This document shows, piece after piece, positions 11,196 to 23,937 of a stretch of 64,000 nucleotides of DNA. A model generated the notes under the pieces. The model ran no database searches. It was not told where the DNA came from and saw only the letters and a list, made by a program, of their open reading frames with translations. Within the stretch, counting starts at the first letter, position 1, and every line of letters begins with the position of its first letter. Location: the NCBI GenBank assembly GCA_900088475.1, contig FLMG01003777.1:11145-75144 (forward strand), read 5' to 3'. A program made the translations under genes and the position numbers. The stretch is from Hyphochytrium catenoides. Taxonomy: Eukaryota; Protista; Hyphochytriomycota.

Positions 11196-11837
11196 ACAAG
11201 GGCTGCTGCTGATCTGCTGATGCGATTGAATATCACTATCAAATCACTGCCCACCCCAGCACTTGCTCTCTGCTCTCTGCCCGCTGTTTGTTAGATTTTC
11301 CAGATCTGAAGATTCATCAACCAGCAGAGTGCCAGATGTCAAGAAGAGAGCCAAGCCGTTGTTGTGTATGGGGGTAGCACCCACCCCAATACAAGATATA
11401 TGTTGACAATGAACCTCTTGGACGCCCACCCACCCTATTGAGGTAAGGTATTCTCCAAGATCCATCTCCTTATCTTGGACATATCGGGAACAAGGGAGCA
11501 ACGTATCCATCATTCGTTCCTTGTGCCCAACAAAATGATGATGATGATAATGAACGCGGCGTCGAAGCTGTTGATAGACAGAAGAATAGATGATGAAAGC
11601 TATGATGATCCTAAGAGGAGTACGTCCCGTAGTAAGTAATAAGTGCAAAGATGACCAGAGAACAAAGGCCTTGCTAGTGACGAAAGCGGCGGACGTTGAA
11701 ACAGAAGCGAGGCCGAACTGTATGGAAACTGTACTAAGACAATTACTTGGATGACATCCTGTCCATCCAGACGGACACCACAGCTAATATACTATAAACC
11801 ATCGAAGAACAGAATGGATCTCGAAGTGAGTCCTACA

Positions 11838-12064
11838 AGAAGAAGCGATTCAACCCTGATTGATGGTGTGAAAAGACTCCTCTCTCTACGATGAGGATGG
11901 ATGTAGGCTCAATTCCAGGACAATGAAACTCTCTAAACGATTTAGTAAGATCAAGAACGGACTCGATCCAGGTTTTTTTGATGGTGTAGGACGACTCCTG
12001 TTTTCTACGATGAGGATGATTGCTAGGCTCAACTTCAGGCCAATAACTCTCTCTAGAAAACGAT
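11838..12064. repeat. Degenerate two-copy tandem repeat, period about 118 bp
   Basis: tgatggtgtgaaaagactcctctctctacgatgaggatggatgtaggctcaattccaggacaat (11861) aligns with tgatggtgtaggacgactcctgttttctacgatgaggatgattgctaggctcaacttcaggccaat (11979). Confidence 0.7.
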
Positions 12065-13739
12065 CCCATCTTTGAAAGTTTTGCCTGTCAATCCTTTAAT
12101 GGTTCATCAGCGTATTACCATCCTCCAGCAGCCTCAAGGTGAATTTGGCCTGTCAAATTTGTACCCATATTTCCACTACCCATCGATCGCTGTGATGATG
12201 TTTGGCTGCTGCGAAGACAAAAGGAAGAACGGAAGGACGTCTTCTGGAACAACTTTCTCTTAACTGCCTCATGTTGAAGGTTCCCTGCTGCTGCATATGT
12301 GCCTTTCTCAAGTAGCAATACCCGTCAAGAGTAGGAAGTAGTATTTGTCTACTGTTCCATCCCTGATTGCTCGCTCCGCGACAAGAATGAACGATAGCTA
12401 GGATCCATATGCTAGCGGGAAAAGTGTGCAGAGGGTGGGGAAGAAGGTGGCCGCAGAAGGGTGATTGGTGGAGCACTTCTGCTAAGCAAGGGCTAAGAAA
12501 CGCTGGTGCGAGAGCTTTGGCGGCCCTTAGAGCCATCAATAACTTGGCGTATCAGGAAGGTAACAAACTTCAGGATTTTTATACGAAGACTACCTGCCAT
12601 CCTAATAGCATCTGCACCAGCACTGTGGATTAGAAGGTAGGAGAGTAAGAGGAAAGGAGTACGAGGATGACGAAGGCAGATGCACCACAGCACTCGCCGT
12701 ATCCTTCCTTCTCCTAATGATGCGGTCTGTCATGTTGTGATAATCGAGCAACAATAGAGCAACAGCTTCAACTGCGGAACAGCAGTTCTACCATTAGACT
12801 CTGAACAACAGATCTTCTTGTCAGGAACAATTGATACCGTACTAATAGAAGCTCCACCAGGCTGTGGATACGAACAGTTACCAGAGCCCAATACAGTCTA
12901 GAGCTAAGAATCTTCGCACAAGCAGCGGACACCCAACTATGTTGGTACCATGACTTGCTTTTCTGTAAGAAGAAGAGCGGTTGAAGAGGCTGTATAATAG
13001 TGTGGCCCCAGTGGTTGAGACCAAACAACATTGTAAAAAGATGTCTGTCGTAGCCTGCTAGCCCGCATACTTCCTCCCACTTTCCCTATCCTCCGACAGC
13101 AATTCTGGTCGCACTGTACTCTGCAGTTGCAGCACCCTTCGCACCCTCCTGCCATCTCCAATAAGCCTAAACATTTAAAAGTCCCCGAAGGTCACCCTCT
13201 GTCTCGATCACTGCCGCACCTCAAGCGGCAGATCTATATTCACTTTCTAGGGCCTGCTGTCACTCTGTCTTGATTATTCCATGCTTTCTAGTTCGCTTTT
13301 GTTTTTGCCAGCCAGAATAACGGCGACTGGTCGAACCTGCGCCGCCATTAGCTTCCTTTATTGGCTGAGAGCTACCTACCTACCCATACCTTAGCCGCGG
13401 AAGCAGCAAACCTAACCTGCAATCGCCGCTTGTATACCAACCTTCATGACCTTAAACTCCGAATATCAACGCATTTATTAATTGAGATCATATGTAGATA
13501 CACCCCAGCCTCTATTACAGTTACCTGGCTGAATAGGCCTCATATGACAGGGGCTCCAGACCTCATATTGACGTATTACGCGATATCAAAGAAGCCTCAC
13601 ACTTCAAGGTGGGTAGGACGCATTAAAGACAGAGTTCAGGCTGTAAAATGGGTGGGCACATTGGACAATAAAGCATGACTGGGAACAGAAAACACAGAGC
13701 TTTATTTATTCTTATAACAGGACAACAGATTGCCATCCA

Positions 13740-13964
13740 AGACAGAGCGGACAAGTGACGAGACAGAGGGCGAAAGAACGAGAGGCAATCGAGGGAAGAC
13801 ACAGAGATTAAGATAGGGGATCAACCTACAAAGAGGGGGAAAGAGAAAGGGAGAGAGAGCTATGGGCAGGACTAGATGAAGAACAAGTCAGAAGAAGAAA
13901 GGGACCTAATAGGATGAATTTCAGTGTTTTGAAGAGAGAGACAGAGCGAGAGAGAGAGAGAGCA

Positions 13965-13995
<31 letters not shown>

Positions 13996-14350
13996 GAGGA
14001 AGAAACGAGACAGAGAGCACGCGCATCTCAAGAGATAGTAAGGACGAAGGAAAAGAGACAGAGAGAATAGGAAAGAGAGAGAGAAGTGCAAGGTTGCTAA
14101 AGTCAGCCGAAGGTGACAGAAGAGTCCAAAGGGTGTTGCAGGGAGGACGATGTCAGAGAAGCGGACCGGAGAGCGAGAGAGAGAGAGACAGAGAGAGAGA
14201 GAGGATTCATAGCAGCACTGCACCCCATCGTTGAATCTTGCTGTCAGCCAGGTTGACAGGGTGAAGAGGATGACAAGACAAGAGCGAAGTGCGAGGAACC
14301 TGAGAGAAAAAGGAGACGAGAGAGAGAGGACGGAGACAGAGGAGAGCGCA
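13740..14350 (+). repeat. (GA)n microsatellite and purine-rich tract
   Basis: Near-perfect GAGAGA runs at about 13933-13992 and 14173-14203 within a GA-rich tract. These produce the spurious ERER/SLSL ORFs. Confidence 0.9.
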
Positions 14351-14728
14351 ATAGGGCTTGATAGCGACACTGGGCGAGCCCTCTGTCGGCCAATAAGCGG
14401 TGTGATGAGACGCGTTGCCAGCGCTTGATCTGGGAAGAACTAAAAGAGAGGCTCCACTAAGAAACAGGTTGGATCGTCGTCCTCATCGCCGCGTAGCTGA
14501 GCATCATTGCTATTCTTCTACAGGCGGAATGAGGCAGATAGTACGACGCGGATTGCTCCGCAATTGAGTCATTAAAGCTTACCGTTCTGCTGTCAAGCTT
14601 CAACCTCTCTTCACTGGATGGAGCTGTGAAAGGAAAGCTTCAGGCGTCAACTGATCGTTGCCCTTTCTACCACGGACAGTGCTGCAGTCAACGAACTGGA
14701 GAGGGAACTCTCTCTCTCCTCACCAGCT

Positions 14729-17700
14729 ATGGATCCTTCAACTGTGACCGAAGCGGAACTTCTAGGGGCAATCCAAGTGCTGCAGAAGACCTTGGCCAAC
14801 TGTAGAGCACAGCAGAATAACCGTCCACTGACACCGACTAGCCAACTGACAGACTCCCAGGGTACAGATGAGATTCACTCACCGCCTCTATCTGCAGACG
14901 GAGATAATGGATCGCTAAAGGGTATGAAGCTTGTACCTCTCTCATGCAGCCGTCATCCTTATCTGTTGCTTCAAACTAGATGATGGGAGAGGCTCTGCTC
15001 CTCCGCCGCTTCTGCTACGACGAGGCTCCAAGCTGCAAACGACAAAGAAAGCGTCCAACACCCTCCCTCGCCACCTAAGGTATTATGGGTGTCGTCTGCG
15101 TCTCCTGCTGCCTCTTGCGATTGTTGTGCAGCGCTAGATGCCTCTCCTTACTTCATTATCGTCTTCTGTTTGGCTAATTCCTCCGTAAAGGCTCCCTCTT
15201 CCAGTCCTGCTTCGTCCCTGCAGCCCATGGGTGTCCTGAGGCTGTGTTACTGCTCTGACCTGGCTCTTGTTTGCTCTTTTGTCAATGACTCGCCGTTTTC
15301 AGGGCCGCTATCGCAAACGCCTTTACTGCGGGCTTCAGGAGACGATCTTCCACAGTTTCCAGTGCTAATGGAGATGCCAGGACGGAATCGCCGGAACCGT
15401 TTGAGCGAAGCTTGTCGGTGGGGCTAGATGACGATGCTCTTACCCTTTCTCCCGGCCTTGCTACGCCAAATGGCGTAGAGAAGGACGTTGAAGCGTTAAG
15501 GAAGGAGAGAGACTACTGGCGCCAGAAGTACCGGGAGATGAAGCAGTTTGAAATGGCAATGAAGGATAGCATAGCCGGGAGTGTTTTAAAGAGTGCGAGC
15601 ATGGAGGAAATAAATGAGATAGTCAGCGAGATGCTACAAAAGTCACAAGAGGGGGACCAGGCATCAAGAGGCTCAGAAAGTGAGTCCATCGTCTCACTCT
15701 TCTGTATCATTGGCATCCTTTCCATGTTTATGCTTTTCTAGAGCATCTTCTGGGCTTGCAATCAGGCTAATCTGCATGATCTAGGTCTTAGCACACGACA
15801 ACCTTTGCGCCGCGCTGCGAGGACGAACTCCGAGCTACGTCTCCTGGCAGACGCAATAGAGAGTAAGACTGACGTGCAGAAGAGTGACAGGTATCAGAGA
15901 AACTTCGTCTCCGGTCTCCCTTACTTGAGATCGCTCTTAACCATTGCTGTCGTGAAACAGCCCTACCGCAGAGGACGAAGAGACTCGAGAGACTCTCACC
16001 TCTTTCCCTTATCACGAGCTTAGCGCAAATGTCAATGACACTGATGGAAAGAAAAGCGCCTTAGGAGACGATTTTGAATGGGAGCCTCCTTCTTTGCCTA
16101 TCGTGAAGCAAGGTGCGTTGCTTCGCTCTTTCTTCCCCGCACCTTTGATTCATGTGGAGTGAGTTTTGGGCTTCACGTTTATTTCTTATATGTTTGCCGG
16201 CGGATGGCGTATAGTCCGGTTTTCTGTCTTTGAAGGCAGAGGCAAGCTTCTGACATCATTGTTTGCGCCTCTCATAGGGTGCCTAAGACTGCTGAAATGT
16301 AGTGACGAGCGTTGTGAGGTTTTCCACCCCCCTGAAGGCAGAGTCGCCGTCTCTCACGCCGTAAGTGCCTGTCCAACCCGCCTTCGTATACTCATATAAT
16401 TGCATCCCGCATGTTCCTTTACGAGCTTCCCACCTAACTCTCTTGCCTGCCAACCCTGCTTCGCTAACCGCGGTGTTTCTCTTCGTCGTGCCTCACAGTC
16501 ACGCACGAACGTGCAGTTATTATGGGATAAAGCGCCGGGATCCGTCCTCATGATAATGAAGCCTGGTGACACGAACGTTAATAAGGCATTCTTGGTAGGC
16601 CTACTCACAACGTGATATTACTCTGGTTGGGTCCCAGTTCACCGATGTTTTACGTCTAAGTTAACCATGTGCTTGCCTTCAACAAGCTCCCATACCTAAA
16701 TTTCGTCTGTTGTTGGAGAAGAGCCTCCGCAATGTCATGCTCATTGATACCATGATGCGCTATTAACTCCTTCGATTTTGGTCTAATCGCGGCTGCAGGT
16801 GCTCTCTACCTGGTTGATGCAGGAGAAGGACATCAACGTTCTTGTAGAAGAGAAAGTTCACCGCATATGGAAGGACAGGATACCGGGATTAGTGACCTAT
16901 ACCGATGAACAGGCTGAATATCTACACCAGATGGTGGACTTCGTTATCTGCCTCGGAGGAGACGGTATGCTGCTGCCCGTCATATAACTCGTCTATGCTG
17001 CTTGCCCGTCATATATTCTCGTCTCTTTTCGCTTGGTACCTGTGCACTGCCTGTTAAGGCTACATGCTTACCAACTCAATGTCTGCAGGAACTGTTCTAT
17101 TCGCGGCCCGCCTGTTCGAGCAGGCTGTCCCTCCTATTGTAGCCTTTGCTATGGGTTCCCTGGGCTTTCTAACCTCATTCGAGGTCGAAAAATGGCAAAG
17201 TAAGTTCCTAACCTTCTCAACCTATAAATGAGGTAGACACTATTGTTGTTTCTCTCTACGCCACTCAGCTTGCTTTCTTGTCTCTACCCTATGACGTATG
17301 ACTTACATGCGGCTGTGCCTTAGGTTATCTGGAGAAAATCATAGGCGGCGGATTTTACGTAAGCTTAAGATCACGTTTACGATGCAGGGTGGTTAGAGCA
17401 ACAGAATGCCAAGGCCCCGAGCCATCAGACTGCATGTCTGATGATGTATCTAGCGTAAGTTTGGCTATCTTCGTCTTTGGTTCAGGGCGCCTGCTCTCTT
17501 GACGTAGTATTACGATATGCACTGAACCAAGAACGTTGATCCTGGTTGGGGTGACTAACCTTTTCTTCGGGAAACTGCTCCTTTTCCTTCGCTGCAGCGC
17601 TGGTTTAATGCTTTGAATGAAGTTGTTGTGGACAGAGGACCATCTGCGGCATTGGTGGACCTGGATTGCTACTATGACGGCTATAAGTTTACCAAGGTAT

Positions 17701-18604
17701 GTGGGGAGATATCCCAGCAGGGCTGTATAGAGATTCGAAAGTTTTGCCGGACGGACGTTTACGGTGAAAAGAGATATAGGTGAAAGGACTGTTTCATGGA
17801 GACAACCACATAGACCTTGTACTGAAGAAAATGTGCTGACAAAGAGGCATTCTTCTTCTTACTAGGTTCAAGCAGATGGCATTATCGTGGCTACGCCTTC
17901 GGGTTCTACCGCCTACTCTCTATCGGCAGGAGGCTCTGTTACTCATCCATCCGTGCCGTGCATGCTATTCACCCCTATCTGCCCGCACACACTGTCATTC
18001 CGCCCACTTATACTTCCAGATAGTGCGCGGTTAAATATTACAGTTCCCAGGACTAGCAGAACGAGTGCCTTCGTTTCGTTTGATGGGCAGAATAGACTGG
18101 AACTGCGACGAGGGGACTCAATATTTATTAAGGTCAGACGGCCAATCCGACGCCCTCGGTTCTCCACAAATTTGTCTCCTTCACCTGACCCCCGGATGCT
18201 CTTCATCCGCTTTTTTTATTCTCTTGCTCCATTACAAGCTGCCTCTTTGCCTCTTCGTCTGGCATCTTATTGCAGGCGACTGGTTCGTTGATATCTTGCT
18301 CCCTTCCTCGGGGCTGCCAATTCATTTCTATCCTGCTCACTCTCTTCTTTGTCTCTTCTGTTTCTCTGCCATCTTTTCTGCGTTCCAGGTGTCAACATAC
18401 CCTGTCCCAGTGATCTCCAAGGAGACTGAAAGTAGAGACTGGTTTACCAGCCTCAAAGTCAATCTGCACTGGAACACCAGGCAGCCCCAGAAGCCCTTCT
18501 GTGCGCTTGCAACACCCAGTAGAAAGGATGTTCCGCACAAAGAGGCAGCCAGGAAGGATGAGAAGAGCACTCCTCTTCCTCTCGCACCTGGAGGGCGGTC
18601 TTGA
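14729..18604 (+). CDS. NADK: ATP-NAD kinase with a long N-terminal extension, multi-exon
   Basis: Spliced motifs [11 protein letters not shown]|TVLFAARLF...[64 protein letters not shown] and [18 protein letters not shown]. Confidence 0.95.
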
Positions 18605-19139
18605 AGACTTGCTGCTCTCCCGCCTTGCCCCTTCGGCTAGTACAATTTTGACATTAGGGTGCCTGACCTTATATTGCCCTGCTAGTAAAAGAAAAGGTTA
18701 TTGCTACAAGATGCCCTCTCAAGATGCGAAACTCTCCTCTTTGTCGCCCCTCTCCCCTATTACCTAGTTTGGTGCAACGTGTCCTACAAGCGCCTCTCAC
18801 TCGAAGAGGACAGTCTCTTCTCTCTGTACGTCGTCGATGGAACTTCTTACTTAAGTCTTCCCTTTGATGTATCTCTTCTCCCATTCTGCGCACTATAAAG
18901 CGCTGAATGCCTGTTCGATAGCTGTCTTTGGGGCCCCAACTGTGTGTCCCTTCAGTTCTTAGAGTGAGGACTGAATCCGTGAGGGAATACGCAATTCCCA
19001 CAGAGTTTGTAACCACCGCCTGAGGCAGCATTCCGGATCTATCTTTCAGTCATTGTACCGCTTTACCATGACCTACAAGTGGTAGAGTCCGGGAAACTGT
19101 AGTCTGGAGGTCCCTTTTATGAGCACCAGCATAAATTTA

Positions 19140-19352
19140 GGTGGGAGGAGAGATAGTGAGACACAGAGAGAGAGAGGAGAGGAGAGAGAGAGCCAGCATG
19201 AGCCAAAGGGAGCGATGAGGAGAGAGAGTCATGGATGGGAGAGAGAAGAGGCCATTATGAGGAGAGAGAGAATGCGAAGGAGAGAGAGAATGCGAAGAAG
19301 AGAGAGAGAGCGAGAGTAGTTGGTTAGGAGGATCAGAGGGAGAGAGAGAGAG
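19140..19352 (+). repeat. GA-rich simple repeat tract
   Basis: Interrupted (GA)n runs, including a duplicated gagagagaatgcgaag unit. Confidence 0.8.
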
Positions 19353-19766
19353 GCTTAGTTGTAAGGGATGCCAGGGCAGGTTCACAAGAAGACGGGGTAA
19401 AAGAGCTGGCAATGACAATGAGTGAGAGGTGTGAAAGAGACCAAATACCTAAGACCTGGAGAGCCAGAGAAGAACAGGCTGAGAGACAAGTGCGGGAACA
19501 GATTGCGACCGCCAAAGGACGGGCCGAGGACATCCATACTAATCCCTAGAGCAGTAGCTGTATGAGACATCCTCCTGGGGAAGGTTGATCTAGCCGAGAG
19601 GGGACCAAGCGCCATCGAGGCTTTTGACCATAAACTATTTGTTGGATATTACCTTGTCTTCCCTTCAGCCACGGACTCCAATAGACGAAGAAGGAGGCTG
19701 AGAGAATCAGGAATGACCTTTTCTCTGGGATCCCTATTGTTTTCTCGTCGAGCACTTCTGAAAGGG

Positions 19767-21513
19767 ATGGGTTCCAAGCTCTCGCGCCAGGTTGACAGAT
19801 GGGCAAGCAGAAATAACCGAAGGATGCTCCTTGTGGGGCTGGATGGAGCTGGAAAGACGAGTATGTGCTCTGACGCCGAACGCTTTATATAGTGACAAGA
19901 AAGTCCTCCAAAAGTGAAGGGGAACTTGCCTTTAGACCCTGTCTTTACGATAAGGGCAGCCTAGAAGCGTTCTCTCGTGCTACTCTTGGATTTGTTTGCT
20001 ATCTTTTAGCGGTCTGAAGACGTCGATTTGCTTACAGGCACACGTTCTGTCTGTCCGAACTGCTTTGGAGTCACTTCATTTATGCAAGACTTATTCCTCT
20101 CTTGATCTGGAGTTCAACCTCCTCCTCTGCTCGCATCTCACCTCCCACCCTCTGATGTTTGGTGCTCCATGCAGCGATTTTAAACCATCTTCGAGTGGGT
20201 AAATCCGTACCCACCATGCCAACCATCGGGTTCAACGTGGAGACCGTCAAATGCGGAGGTTTGACACTTTTGATATGGGTGCGACCCTCCTTCACTCTTT
20301 CACACTTAGAACCAGCCTAAACCTCTATGGCGTCCGTCTAGAGGACTCTCGCATTTCTCGTTATGAACGAACTCTCAGGCCCCTGAAAGTCGTCGTCTAC
20401 TAAGCACTCTCGCTACCTACCACATCCCTGTCTATACGTTTCGCCTCTCTGCCGTCTTTACTAAAGCTTGTGGTGGACTAGGATGTTGGTGGACAGGAGT
20501 CCTTACGGCCCTACTGGCGGCACCATTACACTGGCACTCAGGTAGGCACACTGCAGTCTTGGGGCTAAGAGTAAATACAAGCAAAGAAGGAGATGTCAAT
20601 TGGCTCATTTATACTTTTGGAGGTTGTGGTGAGGAGGAGAGGAGAGAGATCAGTGATACGAGATAGAAAGAATAGTCTCCTGCAAGAGGTGGAGGAGTCC
20701 CAGCAAGGTATAATTATGGTGGAGGACTCAGGTGAATGCACCCAAACCCACTGACGCTTGGGACGGGCAGAAGACGAGTTCTGATCTGACGTCGTCCATT
20801 TTCAGGGGGTGGTCTTCGTCCTTGACAGCGCGGATCGGCAGCGCTTTGAACTTGCACGTGATGAGCTGTACACAGTCATTAGTGATCAGCAGCTAGAGGT
20901 GAGTTAGGGGCAGAACAAGGGTCAAGGAGACTAGTGGGACGGTCAATGACAGAGCAGGTGCTACGGAACTTCGCCATTCACCAAGGGACCATGGAAGTTA
21001 CTTTAAAGAAGAATCCTTGGGATAGTGAACCAGCAAGGAGTGGAGGTTGAGGAATAGTTGACCATCGAACGTGACCCCAGCACACATTAGGACAATATAG
21101 TCAGAGTGTCTGACAGAGAGTCTTGCAAGCGTGCTCACTCTCGTCTGTCTATCTAGTATTCCACAGTCTTGATTTTAGTGAACAAACAGGACCTGCCAGA
21201 CGCAGCCAGCGCGAAAGAAATTGAAGAGCTCTTTGAGCTTCCTACCAGGTAAGCTTCTACACATCTTTCTCTCTCCTCTGGCTACCGGGTCTTCCTCTTC
21301 CGCCCTGGTTCTGGTGGCTTTTGACAGCCTCGATCTCTGTCTACTCTCTATATCTCACGCTTGGCGAATCCCTCCTCACATTCACGATACCTGCCTCTTG
21401 CATGTAGATTGCAGTCTGGTAGAAAGTATAAAGTAGTCTCTACAGTGGCCACTACCGGTGCGGGGATCTCTGAAGGGATTGAGTGGCTCTGCCAAAGCAT
21501 GGATAAGTTATAA
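19767..21513 (+). CDS. ADP-ribosylation factor family GTPase, Arf6-like, 6 exons (absent from the ORF track)
   Basis: MGSKLSR (myristoylation Gly2)...MLLVGLDGAGKT|TILNHLRVGKSVPTMPTIGFNVETV...LIW|DVGGQESLRPYWRHHYTGTQ|GVVFVLDSADRQR...|...LILVNKQDLP...|...VATTGAGISEGIEWL*. Confidence 0.93.
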
Positions 21514-21758
21514 CTAAAGAAAATCGAGCCTTTGATGAACGTGTCGGTATTACGTCGGAAGAAAGGATGGCAAAACGGAGCAACTCTTGCCATCCCTATT
21601 CCCCCGTTCATTGCGGCCTCACCACCAACCATACGGCTCACATCAGCGTGAGAGCTGCCATCGATCCTATGGCTTAATCAAACAAAGCTTGGCTTTGCGA
21701 TCTAGATGGATGGGTATTCAGCCCAGTGAAAGGTTTGTGAGATAAATAGGCGTTGTTA

Positions 21759-23937
21759 TCAGCTACGAGAAGGAGAGTTAAGCTTTCTCACATCCAGAAA
21801 TCCCACCAATAAATATCGGACACCCCTCGTTATCTCCTTCCCAGCATGCCTAACTCTGCCACTGTGGGCTAACAAATCCCCTTGGCTGCTAGTAAAGGTC
21901 TTATCCAGCGCCTCAAAGTATGTCCCTCCCCCTTCGAACTCCTCCTCTCCATTGAGCAACACATTGAAAGAGAGAAGGGATCCGTCCCTGTGCAGTTGGA
22001 GACTTCGTTGACATCCTAAGGCAGCAGCCGGGTTAGACTGCATTTGAGAGGCAAAATTGATAGAAGAAGAGTCGGGATCAAGCCAAATCTGTGGAACAAT
22101 AAGACAGGAGTAAGAGGGACCAGAACTTTATGATCTTAGGAACGGTCGGAAGATAGACAAAGCACGCACCTTCCGCCGCCTCATACTTGACAAAGAAAAG
22201 ATCTCTAAAGCATATCAAATCATCAGCCGCCAGATGGTATAGCTGCTTCAGCCTTGGAAACACTTCGCTGCTCAGTCTTCTCCTTACCCAGCGGTCAATA
22301 TCTGGCACTGCATGAGAAGGAATATCCGTCGTGGCATAGGCTCCGTGTCTGCCGGTTGACCAACCATTCTCGCTGGTATAGGCCTTGAGACTGTCAAGCA
22401 TCGACTCACATTCACCGTGGGAAAAAATACCTGTCATGCAAACCTCTGAGTCTCCGCCCCAGTGCCCATGCTGTCTCACTTGCCCAACAGCCCGAATTAC
22501 TTCGGAACAAACTCTTCTGGGTCTTACTTAGTGTCGTCCTTGTTACTCTTTCAGTCCGTCACCGCGCAATGCGCAGCCCGCATCCCAATAACAAACTCTT
22601 CCGGGAATACCTTAGTCTCTCATTTCACTCAAAGTCCTTACGTCTTATCACTTCCACATCTTGTTGAGCGCGAACATTACTTACCCTCTAATTGGTGAAC
22701 TCTTTGTAAAACTGTAGATGGCTGGTTTTGCTGCTCCAAGCGGCGTCTCGCTTGTTCCTTGTCTCTCTCAAGTTTTTCTCTGACCAAACCGACGTCAGGC
22801 GGTTTCTCATCCGGGCTCTAAGCAGGACAGGGTACGGAAGACAGGGGATTAGGAGAGGGTGTAGAAAGAGGTCAACTCTAAACAGGTAGCAAACGGATCC
22901 CATGAGAATATCCATCTAGGTACAAGGAACAAGAGAGGGGGCCGACGGGATACCAACCTGCAGAAGTAGAGGGAGAACTCCCCTCTTCCCCGCAGCGAAT
23001 GCAAGCATGTAAGGCTTATTGCCGTCGAAGTCTACTGCGTCGATTGATGCCCCACCGTCAATCAGTACGTGGGCAATGCCGATGTTACCTACAGATTCGG
23101 CGAGGGTTTAGGAAGGACTAGCACTATAGGTGAAGCAGCCATGAGACCCTTCCAGCCTCTTTTGTCCATCTGCTGCCATATTCTCTTTCTAGTCTACCTT
23201 TCTCAGCTGCCAGATGGAGTGGAGTCTTGCCCCCAGGAATGACGAGGTTCATTTGCTGCATGTCCAATGTTTTAACGCCCAGGTCTGCGCCTCTCCTGAC
23301 CAAGGCGCGGGCTAGGAGGGGCAGGTCTCCTTCGCAGCTAAGGTGCAGCGCTGTGAATCCAAACTGTTCCGAAGCATTAAGGTCCAAGTCCTTGCCTAGG
23401 AATAACCGGAACAAGAAGCGAATCAACGGTTAGGAATCGCTAAGATCTACAAGTTACATAGCGAGACGAAGAGAATGAAGACCAAGTGCGCCCATCTCCA
23501 GAAGGGGCAACAAGATACACAGCCAGACGGAAAGAGAGAGAGAGAGAGAGAGAGGGAGAGACAATACGAGCGGTCTGCGGTGTAGGCAAAACGATACAGA
23601 GTCCTAGGGACTAGAATTCCTGGGAACCTTTCATGGCCGCAAGCACCGCTAGCTCTTCTTCATATAGGGAGGCTAAGTAGAGGAGTGGTGGCTTTCCGTG
23701 GAGCAGCTCTTCTTCCAGCGTCCTCCCCGCTCTAATATTATTGATGAGGGAGGCACATTGGGGATCCAACTCCTCCTCGGGCCCGTCGATGAGCAAGTGG
23801 TGAACGAGCTTGTCAATCGCATCATCTAGTTGCTCTATTAAGCTGGAAAGGGTGTCTCGATCCTTCTGCATGTCCACAAGGGAGGAGACCCCATCCTCCT
23901 CAGGAAAAGGTGGCGAAGGAGCGGACCGCTGTGCCAT
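21759..23937 (-). CDS. Ankyrin-repeat + 2OG-Fe(II) oxygenase (prolyl/lysyl-hydroxylase-like) protein, 6 exons
   Basis: Ankyrin motifs GFTALHLSC, GKTPLHLAAE and GNKPYMLA. Catalytic domain WSTGRHGAYATTD...RDLFFVKY...LHRDGSLLSFNVLLN...FEGGGTYF...HAGKEITRGVRYLLVGF, which contains the HxD...H triad and the 2OG-binding Arg. Confidence 0.88.
23533..23561 (+). repeat. Intronic (GA)n microsatellite
   Basis: agagagagagagagagagagagggagaga within the first intron of the ankyrin-oxygenase gene. Confidence 0.85.

Noticed and set aside
13826-14428. ERERER/SLSLSL ORFs (also 19119-19418 and 27276-27626)
   Set aside because: Translations of GA microsatellites with no coding signal.
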